This document shows, piece after piece, positions 43,843 through 54,614 of a DNA stretch of 64,000 nt. The stretch's first letter is position 1, and the number at the start of each line of letters is the position of its first letter. The notes below the pieces were generated by a model. It ran no database searches. It saw only the letters and a program-made list of their open reading frames with translations, and was not told the origin of the DNA. Where the stretch lies: assembly GCA_000165345.1 (NCBI GenBank), contig CM000434.1, positions 256,001 to 320,000 on the forward strand, given 5' to 3'. The position numbers and the translations under genes are program-made.

Positions 43843-44288
43843 TGCAGAACTTGTTTAAGTTTGTTTCAATACTAGACATGATTAAAATAACTTACTGTGA
43901 ATTAATGTCATTCAATTCAATAGCTAGTATACTGCTGACTAAGTAATATATAATAAATAAAGAATAAAATATCATATTCAATTTTTTAAAAAAATAAAAA
44001 AAAAAAATCAAATAACAAACATGCATTAAGCGTACAACTTTTTGCATGATTCAACTATCAACTACTTTTACATGCAATAATACAAATTATTTAAAATAAA
44101 TAAAAATAAATGCTTTGAAAATATCATTAAAAAAGTATTATTCTTATGTTCAATAATTAATGAAAAAAGTCAAATATGACTTACCGCCAAACATTAAATA
44201 GTTTATAAGTGAACAAAAACAAGTTTTTATGTAACATTAGTTCAACAAGGGTCTAAAACCAGGATATTATGAGGTTGATTTATAAAAT

Positions 44289-45578
44289 ATGGACAAAGAT
44301 TTTGATTACCCTTTAGATTGGAGAGAATTTTTAAATCGGATACTTCAGGAAAGTAGTAAATGCCGGAGCAAGATAACTAGTGTATTATTAATTGGACCAA
44401 AAAATAGTGGTAAAACGACATTTTGCCTTAAAATTGCAAAAGAATTTTTAAATAATAAAAGTTACCTGAATAATAATATTTATATTTTAGACTGCGATTT
44501 GGGTCAGCCCTTAGTGTCTCCAATGAGCTGTGTCAAATTAGTAAAATGGGATATAGAGGATATTTGCATTGGAAACTCAAAAAACATTAATATTTCACCT
44601 GAAGTAATGTTTTACATAGGAGGAAATAGCCCTATTACTCATCCTTTAAGGTATATAAAAGGATTAAAGCAATGTTTTGAATACATCAAAAGTATTGAAG
44701 AGGATAATATAATACTTATTCTAAACATGCCTGGATGGATTACAGGCGTAGGATTAGAAATCTCTTCGATTATTACTGCGTTTTCCATTGATATTTCAAA
44801 TAATGTTTATATTGGGTTTACAAGAGAATTTGAACCTAATACTAATAATTCTGAAGATAATTTTTCTTCTATGACGAGCTTCTATTCTTTCCCAGTTTTT
44901 GACTTGAATTTAGTGAAAAATATTAAAAACGAGGAATTTTCAATTGACAACCAACTAAAAACAAGAATATTTGTAAATACATTAAGTAATTTATATTCAA
45001 ATATAGAGATAAGGGAAATAAAGAAAAATGTTAATCCCCTCATTTTTTTTAATGAATATATGGGGTATTATTTATCAAAAAAACACATTCCCCAATATTT
45101 CTGTAAAACAGTACATTTCCCATTCAGCACCGTATGCATAATCCCTTGCCCAAGCACAACCTTAGCGAGTGAAGAATTGAAATTACACATACCGGCTAGA
45201 TTAACCAATTCAATTGTAGCTTTGTGTATTTTTAATGATGAAAAGCATAATTTTATTCCAGATCTTTCTGAGGAAGATCAAAAGTTTAATATTTTAGAAA
45301 CAAGAATTTTATTGCCTTGCATTGGGTTTGGAATAGTACATCACATTAACTATCAACTCAAAAATGTTGTTATAACTGCCCCTTGCTGGATACCTTCAAG
45401 TACTTTATCAAAAGTAAATGCTTTACAACTTACAGAAATGATGCTTCCTCAGAATTACTCTTTTAGTACTTCAAAGCCTTATATTTGTAATAAGCGATTT
45501 CTTGTAAAGGGAATTTCTTCAGGTGGGAAAGTTCCAAGTAGCCGTAAAAATTTAAAAAGAAAGATTCATAACATTTAG
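44289..45578 (+). CDS. Grc3/NOL9/Clp1-family P-loop polynucleotide 5'-kinase-like protein.
   Basis: VLLIGPKNSGKTTFCLKIAKEF...YILDCDLGQPLVSPMSCVKL matches the Clp1_P/NOL9 block (GxxxVGKST...LDxDxGQ...PG.ISL). The P-loop is unusually close to the N-terminus (residue ~36), so an upstream exon or N-domain may be missing. Confidence 0.55.
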   Translation: MDKDFDYPLDWREFLNRILQESSKCRSKITSVLLIGPKNSGKTTFCLKIAKEFLNNKSYLNNNIYILDCDLGQPLVSPMSCVKLVKWDIEDICIGNSKNINISPEVMFYIGGNSPITHPLRYIKGLKQCFEYIKSIEEDNIILILNMPGWITGVGLEISSIITAFSIDISNNVYIGFTREFEPNTNNSEDNFSSMTSFYSFPVFDLNLVKNIKNEEFSIDNQLKTRIFVNTLSNLYSNIEIREIKKNVNPLIFFNEYMGYYLSKKHIPQYFCKTVHFPFSTVCIIPCPSTTLASEELKLHIPARLTNSIVALCIFNDEKHNFIPDLSEEDQKFNILETRILLPCIGFGIVHHINYQLKNVVITAPCWIPSSTLSKVNALQLTEMMLPQNYSFSTSKPYICNKRFLVKGISSGGKVPSSRKNLKRKIHNI

Positions 45579-45624
45579 AATTAAGATTTAACTAAACCAT
45601 TTTTTTATTTATTTTATCTATAGG

Positions 45625-46170
45625 TTATATCATTTTTGCTATTAATTTAATGAAACTCAAAATCTTCTCTTCGTTTATATCGCCTTTATTTTTAACTTCA
45701 TAAAAGAACACCACACTTATGTCTTCAAATAACGTTATTGCTAATCCAAAAGTATTTAAGCTATCTATTAGCCATATAACATCAGATGAATTTGAATCAA
45801 CTTCTTCGTTTTTAATATTAAACTGCTTACCCCACAAATCGATACTTAGCCCTTTCTTTTCTTCAGAGCTTTTATCAAAAAATTCTTGAATTTCTTCAAA
45901 AAAAAACTTTTCTATATTTGGGTGTAGAGATGTTTTCACATTCCATTCCTGAGCTTCGTAATTTTTTTTTGCTAATATGATTCCACGGTTTTGACTACAC
46001 CAAGATGGATATAGTGAAGTACATAGTTCATCCCAAGTATTAGAATCCAAATCATTAGGAGTTTCTAGTTTAATCCCCTGTCTTCTCTTCATTAACTTCT
46101 CTTGTTTGGGAATTTTTTTTTTGGATCTTTTTCCAAGTTTCTTTACCCTAAGTTTGAATTTATAAAGCAC
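45625..46170 (-). CDS. Hypothetical protein (181 aa), basic N-terminus.
   Basis: ORF with a K/R-rich N-terminus (KKLGKRSKKKIPKQEKLMKRRQ) and a Trp/Cys-containing core. No family assigned. Confidence 0.45.
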   Translation of the reverse strand: MLYKFKLRVKKLGKRSKKKIPKQEKLMKRRQGIKLETPNDLDSNTWDELCTSLYPSWCSQNRGIILAKKNYEAQEWNVKTSLHPNIEKFFFEEIQEFFDKSSEEKKGLSIDLWGKQFNIKNEEVDSNSSDVIWLIDSLNTFGLAITLFEDISVVFFYEVKNKGDINEEKILSFIKLIAKMI

Positions 46171-46407
46171 ACATTAACAAGTGTTCAACATTACCTCAAT
46201 GAAGCATGCTCTTTTTCACTCATTTTAACCAAATTAACAGCTATGATTTGACCTAGCTTAGTTCTTAATTGTATTTGACTATGAAAGCTAATTATATTCA
46301 ATTTATTTTAGCATGCCTAAAATAAATCTAAATATAAATTTATTTAGAGAATAAAAAAGGCGCTTGGAGTGCTTGTGATTATTTCAAAGATAAAAAAAAA
46401 TTTTCTG

Positions 46408-48012
46408 ATGGATAGCAAATCTCAATTGAAAGCAATTAAAAGAAAGGTAATAGATTTAATAATAAAGCTTGGAGAAGATGAGTTGATACTTAAGCAAACA
46501 GCCATCACAAATATTGGTATACTCTTGAAAGAATTAAAAACTAAGCCAATAGAAAATGTTAAACAAATTTTGGTGGAAGTGCTAATGAGCATAATAGCAT
46601 ACTCATCAGTAGATTCCAGGATCCAAAATTTAGATCAATTAGTCTCAGATATCCCACAAATTGTAAATCTTCCAAATATTATTCGTTTTCAATCAATGAC
46701 AGTTCTTTTAGATTCTTGTTATAATGAGCTCGATATTATTAGGAGGTTATCATCTATAGTTGTTAGTGGAGGTGGGGCTGAAAACTCTGAATATTCGATT
46801 CCAGCAAATGTAATTAGACCGCTCTTGGAGAAGATAGTAAAAAAACATAATAATGATTCACAGGTCATTAATGAAACAGTCAACTTTTTATTTTATAATA
46901 AAGAATGTATAAATAATATGATAGAGATTTGTTTTAACATCAAAGAATACAATCTATTATATAAATTCCTTTTGATTATTCTTCCTGTTATTGATTTAAA
47001 TACTTTGGCGAAGATTTTTAATTATCTTAATTTAAAAATAACATTCAATTTACAGAACTTTAGTCACAATCATGACTTTAATATCAAAGTTATCAATATT
47101 CTTTATTTAATGATGGTTAATACTAGATGCGAATTCTCAATAATTAATATTTTGATGGCTACAATTCCAATTATTAATATTCAAAAAGAAATCAACTTTA
47201 CTATTTTATCTTTGATTATTCTAACATCTCTAGTGGAGAATTCGAGTCAAGAGGAACTATCTAATAACTTGAGCGACCCAATCCAAATGATTAAATTATT
47301 AAAATTAACTCTTGAATATGGAGGAATCAAAGGGATTATTTCTAGGAAACTTGATAACATTAGAGATCTTATGTTTGTTACTCTTACAATATTATTGTAT
47401 AAATCTAAAGATATTTCAGAGTTTGAAATTCTTATGGAAGTTATCGAATTATTCTTGAATAACTTCAGTAAAATTAATGTTCTTACATTAATATCAGCAT
47501 TAGTTTATCATGTTAAAGGGAATTTAGTTGAAGATGATTACTTTTGTACTTGTTCAAAGAATATTTTAAAGGAGAAATTTAAATTTAATGGGATAGACAA
47601 ACTGAAAAATATAGAGTTCATTTATTCTTCAATTAACAATTTCTCAGGAGAAAATATTTATCATGAGATTAACGCATTATTAGTTGAAGGTAATCAGAAG
47701 TTTGATCAAAAAGAATTAACCAATCATTTTGAAAATATCAAGATTGAATTAATCAGTATTATCTACAATGGATTATATTCAGCGTTGAATTATCATAAAA
47801 TACGCTATCTATTAAAAAATAAATTACTTAACAATTATATTTATGATGATATATATTGCTTTTCAATTATAAGTATACTTTTAGAAATGGTTACAAAGTA
47901 TATTGAAAGCAAAAACCCAAAACTTTGCGAAGAGATCATTGAAATTATTCAAACAATTTTTATATTCAAAAGTCGGTACCAAGTTAGGAAGTATGATTCT
48001 TTCCCTCCTTAA
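46408..48012 (+). CDS. Hypothetical protein (~534 aa), I/L/N-rich.
   Basis: Long ORF. The ORF track starts it at a GTG (46369). The first in-frame ATG is at 46408 (MDSKSQLKAIKRK...). Confidence 0.55.
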   Translation: MDSKSQLKAIKRKVIDLIIKLGEDELILKQTAITNIGILLKELKTKPIENVKQILVEVLMSIIAYSSVDSRIQNLDQLVSDIPQIVNLPNIIRFQSMTVLLDSCYNELDIIRRLSSIVVSGGGAENSEYSIPANVIRPLLEKIVKKHNNDSQVINETVNFLFYNKECINNMIEICFNIKEYNLLYKFLLIILPVIDLNTLAKIFNYLNLKITFNLQNFSHNHDFNIKVINILYLMMVNTRCEFSIINILMATIPIINIQKEINFTILSLIILTSLVENSSQEELSNNLSDPIQMIKLLKLTLEYGGIKGIISRKLDNIRDLMFVTLTILLYKSKDISEFEILMEVIELFLNNFSKINVLTLISALVYHVKGNLVEDDYFCTCSKNILKEKFKFNGIDKLKNIEFIYSSINNFSGENIYHEINALLVEGNQKFDQKELTNHFENIKIELISIIYNGLYSALNYHKIRYLLKNKLLNNYIYDDIYCFSIISILLEMVTKYIESKNPKLCEEIIEIIQTIFIFKSRYQVRKYDSFPP

Positions 48013-48134
48013 TAAGGAATTTATTTTTAAAACAATTTGAAGAAAACCATTGCAAGTGCTTACACTTATCACCTATTCGGTGATTTCCTTCTGTAATAAC
48101 AAAAACCATTATCCCAATAGTATATAATAAGATA

Positions 48135-51100
48135 ATGTCCTCTGAAAGTCAACCTAATACAAGGATTTTAGAGAAAATATATCACTTATTTCTGAAAGGT
48201 GAATTACCTTATTCCAAATTGGAGAATCTCTTAATTAATCAAATAGATAGTGAACTATCAAATAATAGTAACTATTTGGATAAATTTCAAAATGGAATTA
48301 AGATTCTCTTTTGTGTTATAAGGTATAAGCCAGATATAGTTGATGAAGTTATTATTGAAAAAATACAAAAAGGATTAAATTCAAAGAACAAAATGGTTGT
48401 TTCTTATTCTCTTCATTGTTTGATTGAGCTTTGCAAATTCGGAATCATTGACTACGATAAGTGTATTGGAATACTTCTTGCATTACACTCTAATATTTTA
48501 ATTATTGATTTTGATCTACCGAATAATATCAGTCAATTAAAAGTTAAAGATAATCAAAATTTTGGAGTAAATAATTTTACATATCCAATTGAAGTAATTT
48601 CTAGCTTTCTAAGATTTTTTGGACTTTATATTGATCAAAAATGGCCATCAGAAGAAGAATCTTATCAGAAAAAAGTCCCTAATAATTTGTTTTATATTTT
48701 GTCAATGATAACAAAGATTATCAAGGATAGAGCAGGGCTTGAATCAGTTTATTGTCTTAGTATATTTTCAAGAATAATACTCGATTTTTTTTATCAGCAT
48801 GTAAATATGGATATTACTTTAAACAGTTTTCTATCATGGTGTATTGAATCAATTTTTTCGAATAAAATAGGTAACTTTCTTAATTTACTAGATTTGTTAC
48901 AGCAATTCATTGATATTATACGGAATTGTAATGGAATAGACTTTAATACATTACAATTCTTTCTTTTAAGCATTTCAAACCCTTTAAAAACTATTTTAAA
49001 CTTTGAATTAATAAATGAGAATTTTTATTTAAAAAAACAGACAAATAACCAGCAATTTGGAATGTATATTATTAATATTAAATGCAGTGAGATGGATGAT
49101 TTAGATATTAAAGATACTTTTCTTGAAAACATAAAAGGTAACCCAAAAAATAAAGAGTCTGGTGAATTGATTTTGAACAAATTGAAATCGATTAAAGCTA
49201 AAACAACTCACAACTATTATATACAAGAAATTCTTGGACTTTTTTTATTTGATTCAAAACAAGTAAGAATTGAGGTAATGAGGAATATTGATAAAATTAA
49301 CATTGTTGAATTTAGAATTGCAATACTAAAAGATTTTTTTAAGTTTATTCGTAATATTAAGTTGATTTGTTGTACAACATTTCAATGGCAGATGGTTTTC
49401 CAATTTATCAAGATATTAAAAGAATACTTCAATCAATTGGAATTCATTTTTATTGAGTTAATTCCGAGATCAAAAAATAAAAGTAATACTGGCAACATTG
49501 AAGAAGAGACTTTATTCTTATTCCTATTTTTTTTATCTTATCTTCCTTCAACAAACAATTCAAATTCAATATTTGATGATTATACAGATTTAATGAGAAA
49601 ATGCAAGCTTATAAGAGAAGGTGAAAAACAATTATTTGATGAACTTTTTATTGAAAATCAAGCTATCTTAATATTATTTTTATCATCTCTTGTGATTCTA
49701 AGATATGATATACTAGCTCAACTTTATAAAAGTTATATTTCAGAAATCGTAAATATTGAAATATTACCAAACAAATTATTTATCGCATTTGTGAATTCTG
49801 ATATAATAATAAATAAATATTTTTCAAATAAGAATTCCCTATTACAATACTTTACAACCAAGAAATCAATAAGTTTGGAAAAAAGCGTAATAATTCTAGC
49901 TTTTCAAAAACAATACTATGTTAATAAAGAAATTAATAGTATTGATTTTATTTCGTGTTTATTAAAGCACTTACACCAGCATAATGTAAATCATTTTGAT
50001 ACATTAAAGAATTACTTTGAATTAGTTAATGAGAATTACAATTTCAAAATTTTTACATGCATTGGAACTGAAAAGCAGCTTTTAGATCAAATCTGCATAG
50101 TTTCAAATGCTAACCTAATCAACAGTTATGCATTTGGCGTTTTCTCATTCTTTGATTTGGCATTTGATACTTTTTCTGGAAAAGATGAGTTACTGGATCA
50201 TGTACTTTATCTTTATAATCTTTCTGAAAATAATGACCCAAGAGACATTAAGAATTTGGTTTTCAAAACGGCATCTTTAGTTAAACTATTTCAGTATAAA
50301 ATGATCACAGTTTATGAAATAATTGATTTTATTAATTGCTATTTCATTTTAAATGATAATAATAACAGTGGAACCACACAAGATATTAATTTTCAATTTG
50401 GATTAATTAAAGCATTTTGTTTTTCTTATATAAACTATTACTTGAAAAAAATTATTGCCACAAATAGTAAGCCATTATTAAAGAATGAGCAAGCCTTAAT
50501 GATTGAAGAATATGCTATTGTGAATATGAATATCGTAAAATATCTTATTTCAGCGATATTTTACGAAAATAGCACCAATGACAATCAGGCATTTATAATT
50601 TCTTGCATTAAACTATCGAAAGGATGTTACTGGGTACCTTGGGTATCTTTCTTATATAATGAATCTGTAAATAACTTTGATATATTAAATGATGTATGCG
50701 GAACAATTTATAAAAATCAACTTTCCAGCATTAAAACTGAAAATAAAAATATAAAAGGGCACGACAAATACTCAAATATTGATTTACTTTTACAATCTTG
50801 TTCTAATGACCCAATAAAAATGAGTATTTGCACACTATTATTATCAATAGAAGTAATTAATTTGTCTAATTCTTTAGAAAACGAATTCAATTTTCACAAT
50901 AAGGAAAGATATTTTGATATTAAAATGTTAAACAAAAATTCACTTTTTTTTGTATCAATTTTAAAGTTTGATAGCTATACATTTAGATTGAAGAATCTAA
51001 TAGAAGAGACTGAACTTAATAAAATAAGATTAAATTTGAAGGAAATTAATATTTTACAAGAATTAATAATGGTTGGTGTTATAATTGAACTTTTTGAAAG

Positions 51101-52595
51101 TATGAAAATTTGTGAACTTTTAACAAATTTTGATATATCAAACTCACTTGAAGTTATTCTTTTTCAAGTAATCATTCCATTATGCGAATTGATTTTATTA
51201 AAAAATGGGCAAAATGATGAAAACCAGCTAATACTAGAATGGTTTATTGTTTTGGTTACAAAATTTCTTATCTCCTATTTAAATTCAAATAACAGTTTTT
51301 CACGAAAAGTTATCGAATTTGGTTATTTGCTTATTAATATTTTCAAGAATTTTAATTTCAATGACTTAGTTATGCTTTCTTTCACAAGAATTGTTGGAGT
51401 TGTTTTATTTACAAGTGATTCAAATTTTTCTCTTTTGTATGAGTTTATTATTAATATTTTTGAGACATTGGAAAATTTAGACAGTTATGAAATGCAAATT
51501 ACCTCGTTTTTTGTTAATTTGAATTCAGTCTTTAATTCTGTAGTTGTTTCAAAAAAACCTCGAATTTATGTTAAAATAGAAGTTTTGATCAATTCATTGG
51601 GAGAAATATCTTATAAATTACACAAATTTTATAATAAACCAATTCTAAACTCTTTTAAGCTGTTAATCAATACAATCTATGATTTTTTAAATTCTAATAA
51701 TCAGAAAAACATCATTTCAAATCTATTTAAAAACATTCATCCACTCCTTCTTGATGGACTTGTACTTGAAAATAAACTTTCTATCAACATTATTCATGAA
51801 TTTTATCTAAGTCTTGAAATTGACGAAATCAATTATGAAATAATATCTTTGGCAAATTTTTATTATTTATATTCGTTGAAAGATAAATCAGCTGAGACAG
51901 AAATTTTAAACTTCTTATATAAAGACTTTATTGAGTCAGGAAGTACGTCTATAAAACGTATTGTGGTAATAACTAGTTTACTTTCATTCATACTGATTCC
52001 TGATTCTACTTCTTTTCCATTTAACTATTGTTCGAATAAAGATCCAAAACATTACTATATTACTAATTCAGAAAAAAACTTATTGAATAATTGGATAGAC
52101 CTATGTTACTTATATTTACTTGATTTAGAAGATAATCCAAAATTAAGAGCTTGGAATGAACTTTTTATTAATAATGAAGGAATAATTTTCATGTCAAAAT
52201 TTTACTATTTAATTAAACAACAACTATTTTCGAGCATTGATACAAGCTTATTTAATGAAAAAGATATTATTTCCTTCTCTTTATATGAATTTCCTGAAAT
52301 TTTCTTATTTGAATTGGACTCACAAGTAAATTTTGATACTTGGAGGAAGTCAATTCCAAGTTTAATTTCTCATTCAAAATATAAAAAAGTTAACATTGAA
52401 CTGCCTCTACACCAATATAGTAATAGATTTTTACTTGAAATTTCTCACAAAATACTTTTCAAGCTGAGTATGGAGAATTTAAAAACTTCACTTGCACAAT
52501 TCAAAGATATATTAAATGTCATTATAAAAAAACTTATAGAAACTAATGATATTAACAAATTAAATAATGAAATGAATTTGAATAGGCCTTATTAG
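48135..52595 (+). CDS. Large hypothetical protein (1486 aa), I/L/N/F-rich and probably helical-repeat.
   Basis: Single 4.46-kb ORF. No signal peptide and no recognisable domain. Confidence 0.65.
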   Translation: MSSESQPNTRILEKIYHLFLKGELPYSKLENLLINQIDSELSNNSNYLDKFQNGIKILFCVIRYKPDIVDEVIIEKIQKGLNSKNKMVVSYSLHCLIELCKFGIIDYDKCIGILLALHSNILIIDFDLPNNISQLKVKDNQNFGVNNFTYPIEVISSFLRFFGLYIDQKWPSEEESYQKKVPNNLFYILSMITKIIKDRAGLESVYCLSIFSRIILDFFYQHVNMDITLNSFLSWCIESIFSNKIGNFLNLLDLLQQFIDIIRNCNGIDFNTLQFFLLSISNPLKTILNFELINENFYLKKQTNNQQFGMYIINIKCSEMDDLDIKDTFLENIKGNPKNKESGELILNKLKSIKAKTTHNYYIQEILGLFLFDSKQVRIEVMRNIDKINIVEFRIAILKDFFKFIRNIKLICCTTFQWQMVFQFIKILKEYFNQLEFIFIELIPRSKNKSNTGNIEEETLFLFLFFLSYLPSTNNSNSIFDDYTDLMRKCKLIREGEKQLFDELFIENQAILILFLSSLVILRYDILAQLYKSYISEIVNIEILPNKLFIAFVNSDIIINKYFSNKNSLLQYFTTKKSISLEKSVIILAFQKQYYVNKEINSIDFISCLLKHLHQHNVNHFDTLKNYFELVNENYNFKIFTCIGTEKQLLDQICIVSNANLINSYAFGVFSFFDLAFDTFSGKDELLDHVLYLYNLSENNDPRDIKNLVFKTASLVKLFQYKMITVYEIIDFINCYFILNDNNNSGTTQDINFQFGLIKAFCFSYINYYLKKIIATNSKPLLKNEQALMIEEYAIVNMNIVKYLISAIFYENSTNDNQAFIISCIKLSKGCYWVPWVSFLYNESVNNFDILNDVCGTIYKNQLSSIKTENKNIKGHDKYSNIDLLLQSCSNDPIKMSICTLLLSIEVINLSNSLENEFNFHNKERYFDIKMLNKNSLFFVSILKFDSYTFRLKNLIEETELNKIRLNLKEINILQELIMVGVIIELFESMKICELLTNFDISNSLEVILFQVIIPLCELILLKNGQNDENQLILEWFIVLVTKFLISYLNSNNSFSRKVIEFGYLLINIFKNFNFNDLVMLSFTRIVGVVLFTSDSNFSLLYEFIINIFETLENLDSYEMQITSFFVNLNSVFNSVVVSKKPRIYVKIEVLINSLGEISYKLHKFYNKPILNSFKLLINTIYDFLNSNNQKNIISNLFKNIHPLLLDGLVLENKLSINIIHEFYLSLEIDEINYEIISLANFYYLYSLKDKSAETEILNFLYKDFIESGSTSIKRIVVITSLLSFILIPDSTSFPFNYCSNKDPKHYYITNSEKNLLNNWIDLCYLYLLDLEDNPKLRAWNELFINNEGIIFMSKFYYLIKQQLFSSIDTSLFNEKDIISFSLYEFPEIFLFELDSQVNFDTWRKSIPSLISHSKYKKVNIELPLHQYSNRFLLEISHKILFKLSMENLKTSLAQFKDILNVIIKKLIETNDINKLNNEMNLNRPY

Positions 52596-52626
52596 GTTAA
52601 AAAAACAAAAAATAATCTTCTTTCAA

Positions 52627-54387
52627 TTATAAGATCTCTTCTCTTGCATCATACTTTGCGCGTGTTACAACAGGAACATACTCTCCAAGAGAATAGTTTA
52701 TTCTTTTATTATCAGCCTGAATTACAGCATCTGGAACAACAGTAGTAAAACTTTGAATAAAATTAGGAGAGACTTGGGGTCCTTTTGTGTATACTAGATC
52801 TCTTATTTTTTGCTGTAATTTAATTCTCATATGTAACAGTGTTCTTTCGGTACCTCTCAAATAGTTAATATTAGAAACTACAACATAGAACAAAGTGCGA
52901 ATATTTCTCGTTAATGGCATTATCATTTCAAAAGAAACTCTCGAAATATAAAATATTGGAGGCAATATTATAAAGACACCAATAACTGTTGCAATTTTAG
53001 AATTCAAGTTCTGTCCATGCATAAATGCTAATGAAAAGAATATACCATAAAAAACTGTGAGCATTGGTAGCAACGCAATAATTACAAGAATTCTATAAGA
53101 TGCTAAAACGTCTGTCCCCCTGATCTTAACCTTTGAATTTGCCAACGCTTTCTTTCTGTGTCTTTCTGCCATAAATGCAGGAATATACCTAATTGGTGCC
53201 CACAAAGGAAAGAAAGATCCTCCAACTATACTTACCAAAATTAAAAGAAGAAATTTGGTGATGATTAATTTAATACATTCGTAAACTGGTTGTTTAAGCT
53301 GCCAAACTTCTCTATCTGGAACTCCATAGTGATTAATAGTATCCTCGTATTCGCATAAATCTTTTCTTAAATGTTCAAGTTCTGGATCATCATGGAGTGC
53401 CCAAAAAAACTGTGAAAATAATTGGTGGAGTAAATAGTAATTATCTTGAGAAAGAGCTGTTCTGTCTGGTGGATATAATTGTACACAAAGCCGAATGCAT
53501 GTTAAAGTTGTATAGTCCCTTGCAGAAAGTAATACAGAGTTCATTCCTTTTTCAACCATAGATAATAATTCTTTTACTGCGTCTGACGGAGATTCCTCAT
53601 ATTTTTGAGCTAGTTCCAATGTAACAGGAATAGGTTGGCCAATTTCTACAACTGCGCTTGAGAGTGTTTTATGTGGTTCATAGTAATTCAATCCTACAGG
53701 GACAATTAGCAGATCCTCAGCCCCCTCTAATACCGAAGAAAGAGCCATGACTGCAACGCCTGGTTTAAGTGGAAGAAGAGTTGTTCTATCATGGGATCCC
53801 CCTTCTGGGAAAATACCAATTGAATGTCCATTTCTCATTGCATCACTAACCTCTTCATATACCGTGCTCTGGTCAATTTTTGGCATTATAAAGAAAGGAA
53901 AGCCATCTGTATATGTCGCAGAATACTCTGTACCTATTCCCTTATCGATGATGATTTCATCATCTGAAACAACTTCTAAAACTTTTCTAGACACCCCCAG
54001 ATCGTCTATTATTAACGTATCCTGGAATTTTACGTCTATTTTAAATCTTGTCTTAATACCTCTAATTCTTACATCGCTTGAGCTACTCCAAATTAGACCA
54101 CCTATTCCTCTATATCTTAAGTCTTGTGGCCTTTGAACAGGAATGCAACCTGCAGATTGAGCTAATCTACCAATTATTGGCCTTTTAAACGATGCTTCTG
54201 CTATTAAGAACCGTATTTGACGTGGAAAAATCGCAATAAGCATTGCCGCATCCACAAATTGGTTCATATGATTCCCAACAAACAAAACTGGGCCATATAA
54301 AGGTATCCTCTCTTTACCCAAAACTGTAACATTTTTAAAAAATGTTCTCGTAATAATTTGTGCCAACAACTTTACTAAAAAATACAT
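52627..54387 (-). CDS. Glycerol-3-phosphate/dihydroxyacetone-phosphate acyltransferase, Sct1/Gpt2 type (GPAT).
   Basis: GPVLFVGNHMNQFVDAAMLIAIF (H-x4-D motif I). FLIAEASFKRPIIG...VQRPQD. IGIFPEGGSHDRTTLLPLKPGVAVMAL (motif III/IV) closely matches the yeast Sct1/Gpt2 blocks. C-terminal TM helices. Confidence 0.9.
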   Translation of the reverse strand: MYFLVKLLAQIITRTFFKNVTVLGKERIPLYGPVLFVGNHMNQFVDAAMLIAIFPRQIRFLIAEASFKRPIIGRLAQSAGCIPVQRPQDLRYRGIGGLIWSSSSDVRIRGIKTRFKIDVKFQDTLIIDDLGVSRKVLEVVSDDEIIIDKGIGTEYSATYTDGFPFFIMPKIDQSTVYEEVSDAMRNGHSIGIFPEGGSHDRTTLLPLKPGVAVMALSSVLEGAEDLLIVPVGLNYYEPHKTLSSAVVEIGQPIPVTLELAQKYEESPSDAVKELLSMVEKGMNSVLLSARDYTTLTCIRLCVQLYPPDRTALSQDNYYLLHQLFSQFFWALHDDPELEHLRKDLCEYEDTINHYGVPDREVWQLKQPVYECIKLIITKFLLLILVSIVGGSFFPLWAPIRYIPAFMAERHRKKALANSKVKIRGTDVLASYRILVIIALLPMLTVFYGIFFSLAFMHGQNLNSKIATVIGVFIILPPIFYISRVSFEMIMPLTRNIRTLFYVVVSNINYLRGTERTLLHMRIKLQQKIRDLVYTKGPQVSPNFIQSFTTVVPDAVIQADNKRINYSLGEYVPVVTRAKYDAREEIL

Positions 54388-54614
54388 GTTCGGAAGGGAT
54401 CAACAATAAATAGAACCGTGTAATGATAAAAATCGTTCTCTGTTTATTATACAGGGATACATATGTCAAAATAAGCAGCTATGGTATTTTTTTCGACTAC
54501 GGTTTGAAGGGTAAACTTGAATTATTTTCGTATAGGCAATCCCCACTATTAAGCGCGTTTAGGAAAAAAAAAGAATAAAATATTTTCAGATAATCTTATA
54601 AGTAGCATTATTTT

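Noticed and set aside
44166-44180. U1-snRNA-like 5' end (GACTTACCGCC).
   Set aside because: It is only a partial match to AUACUUACCUGG. No downstream Sm site or stem-loops were recognisable.
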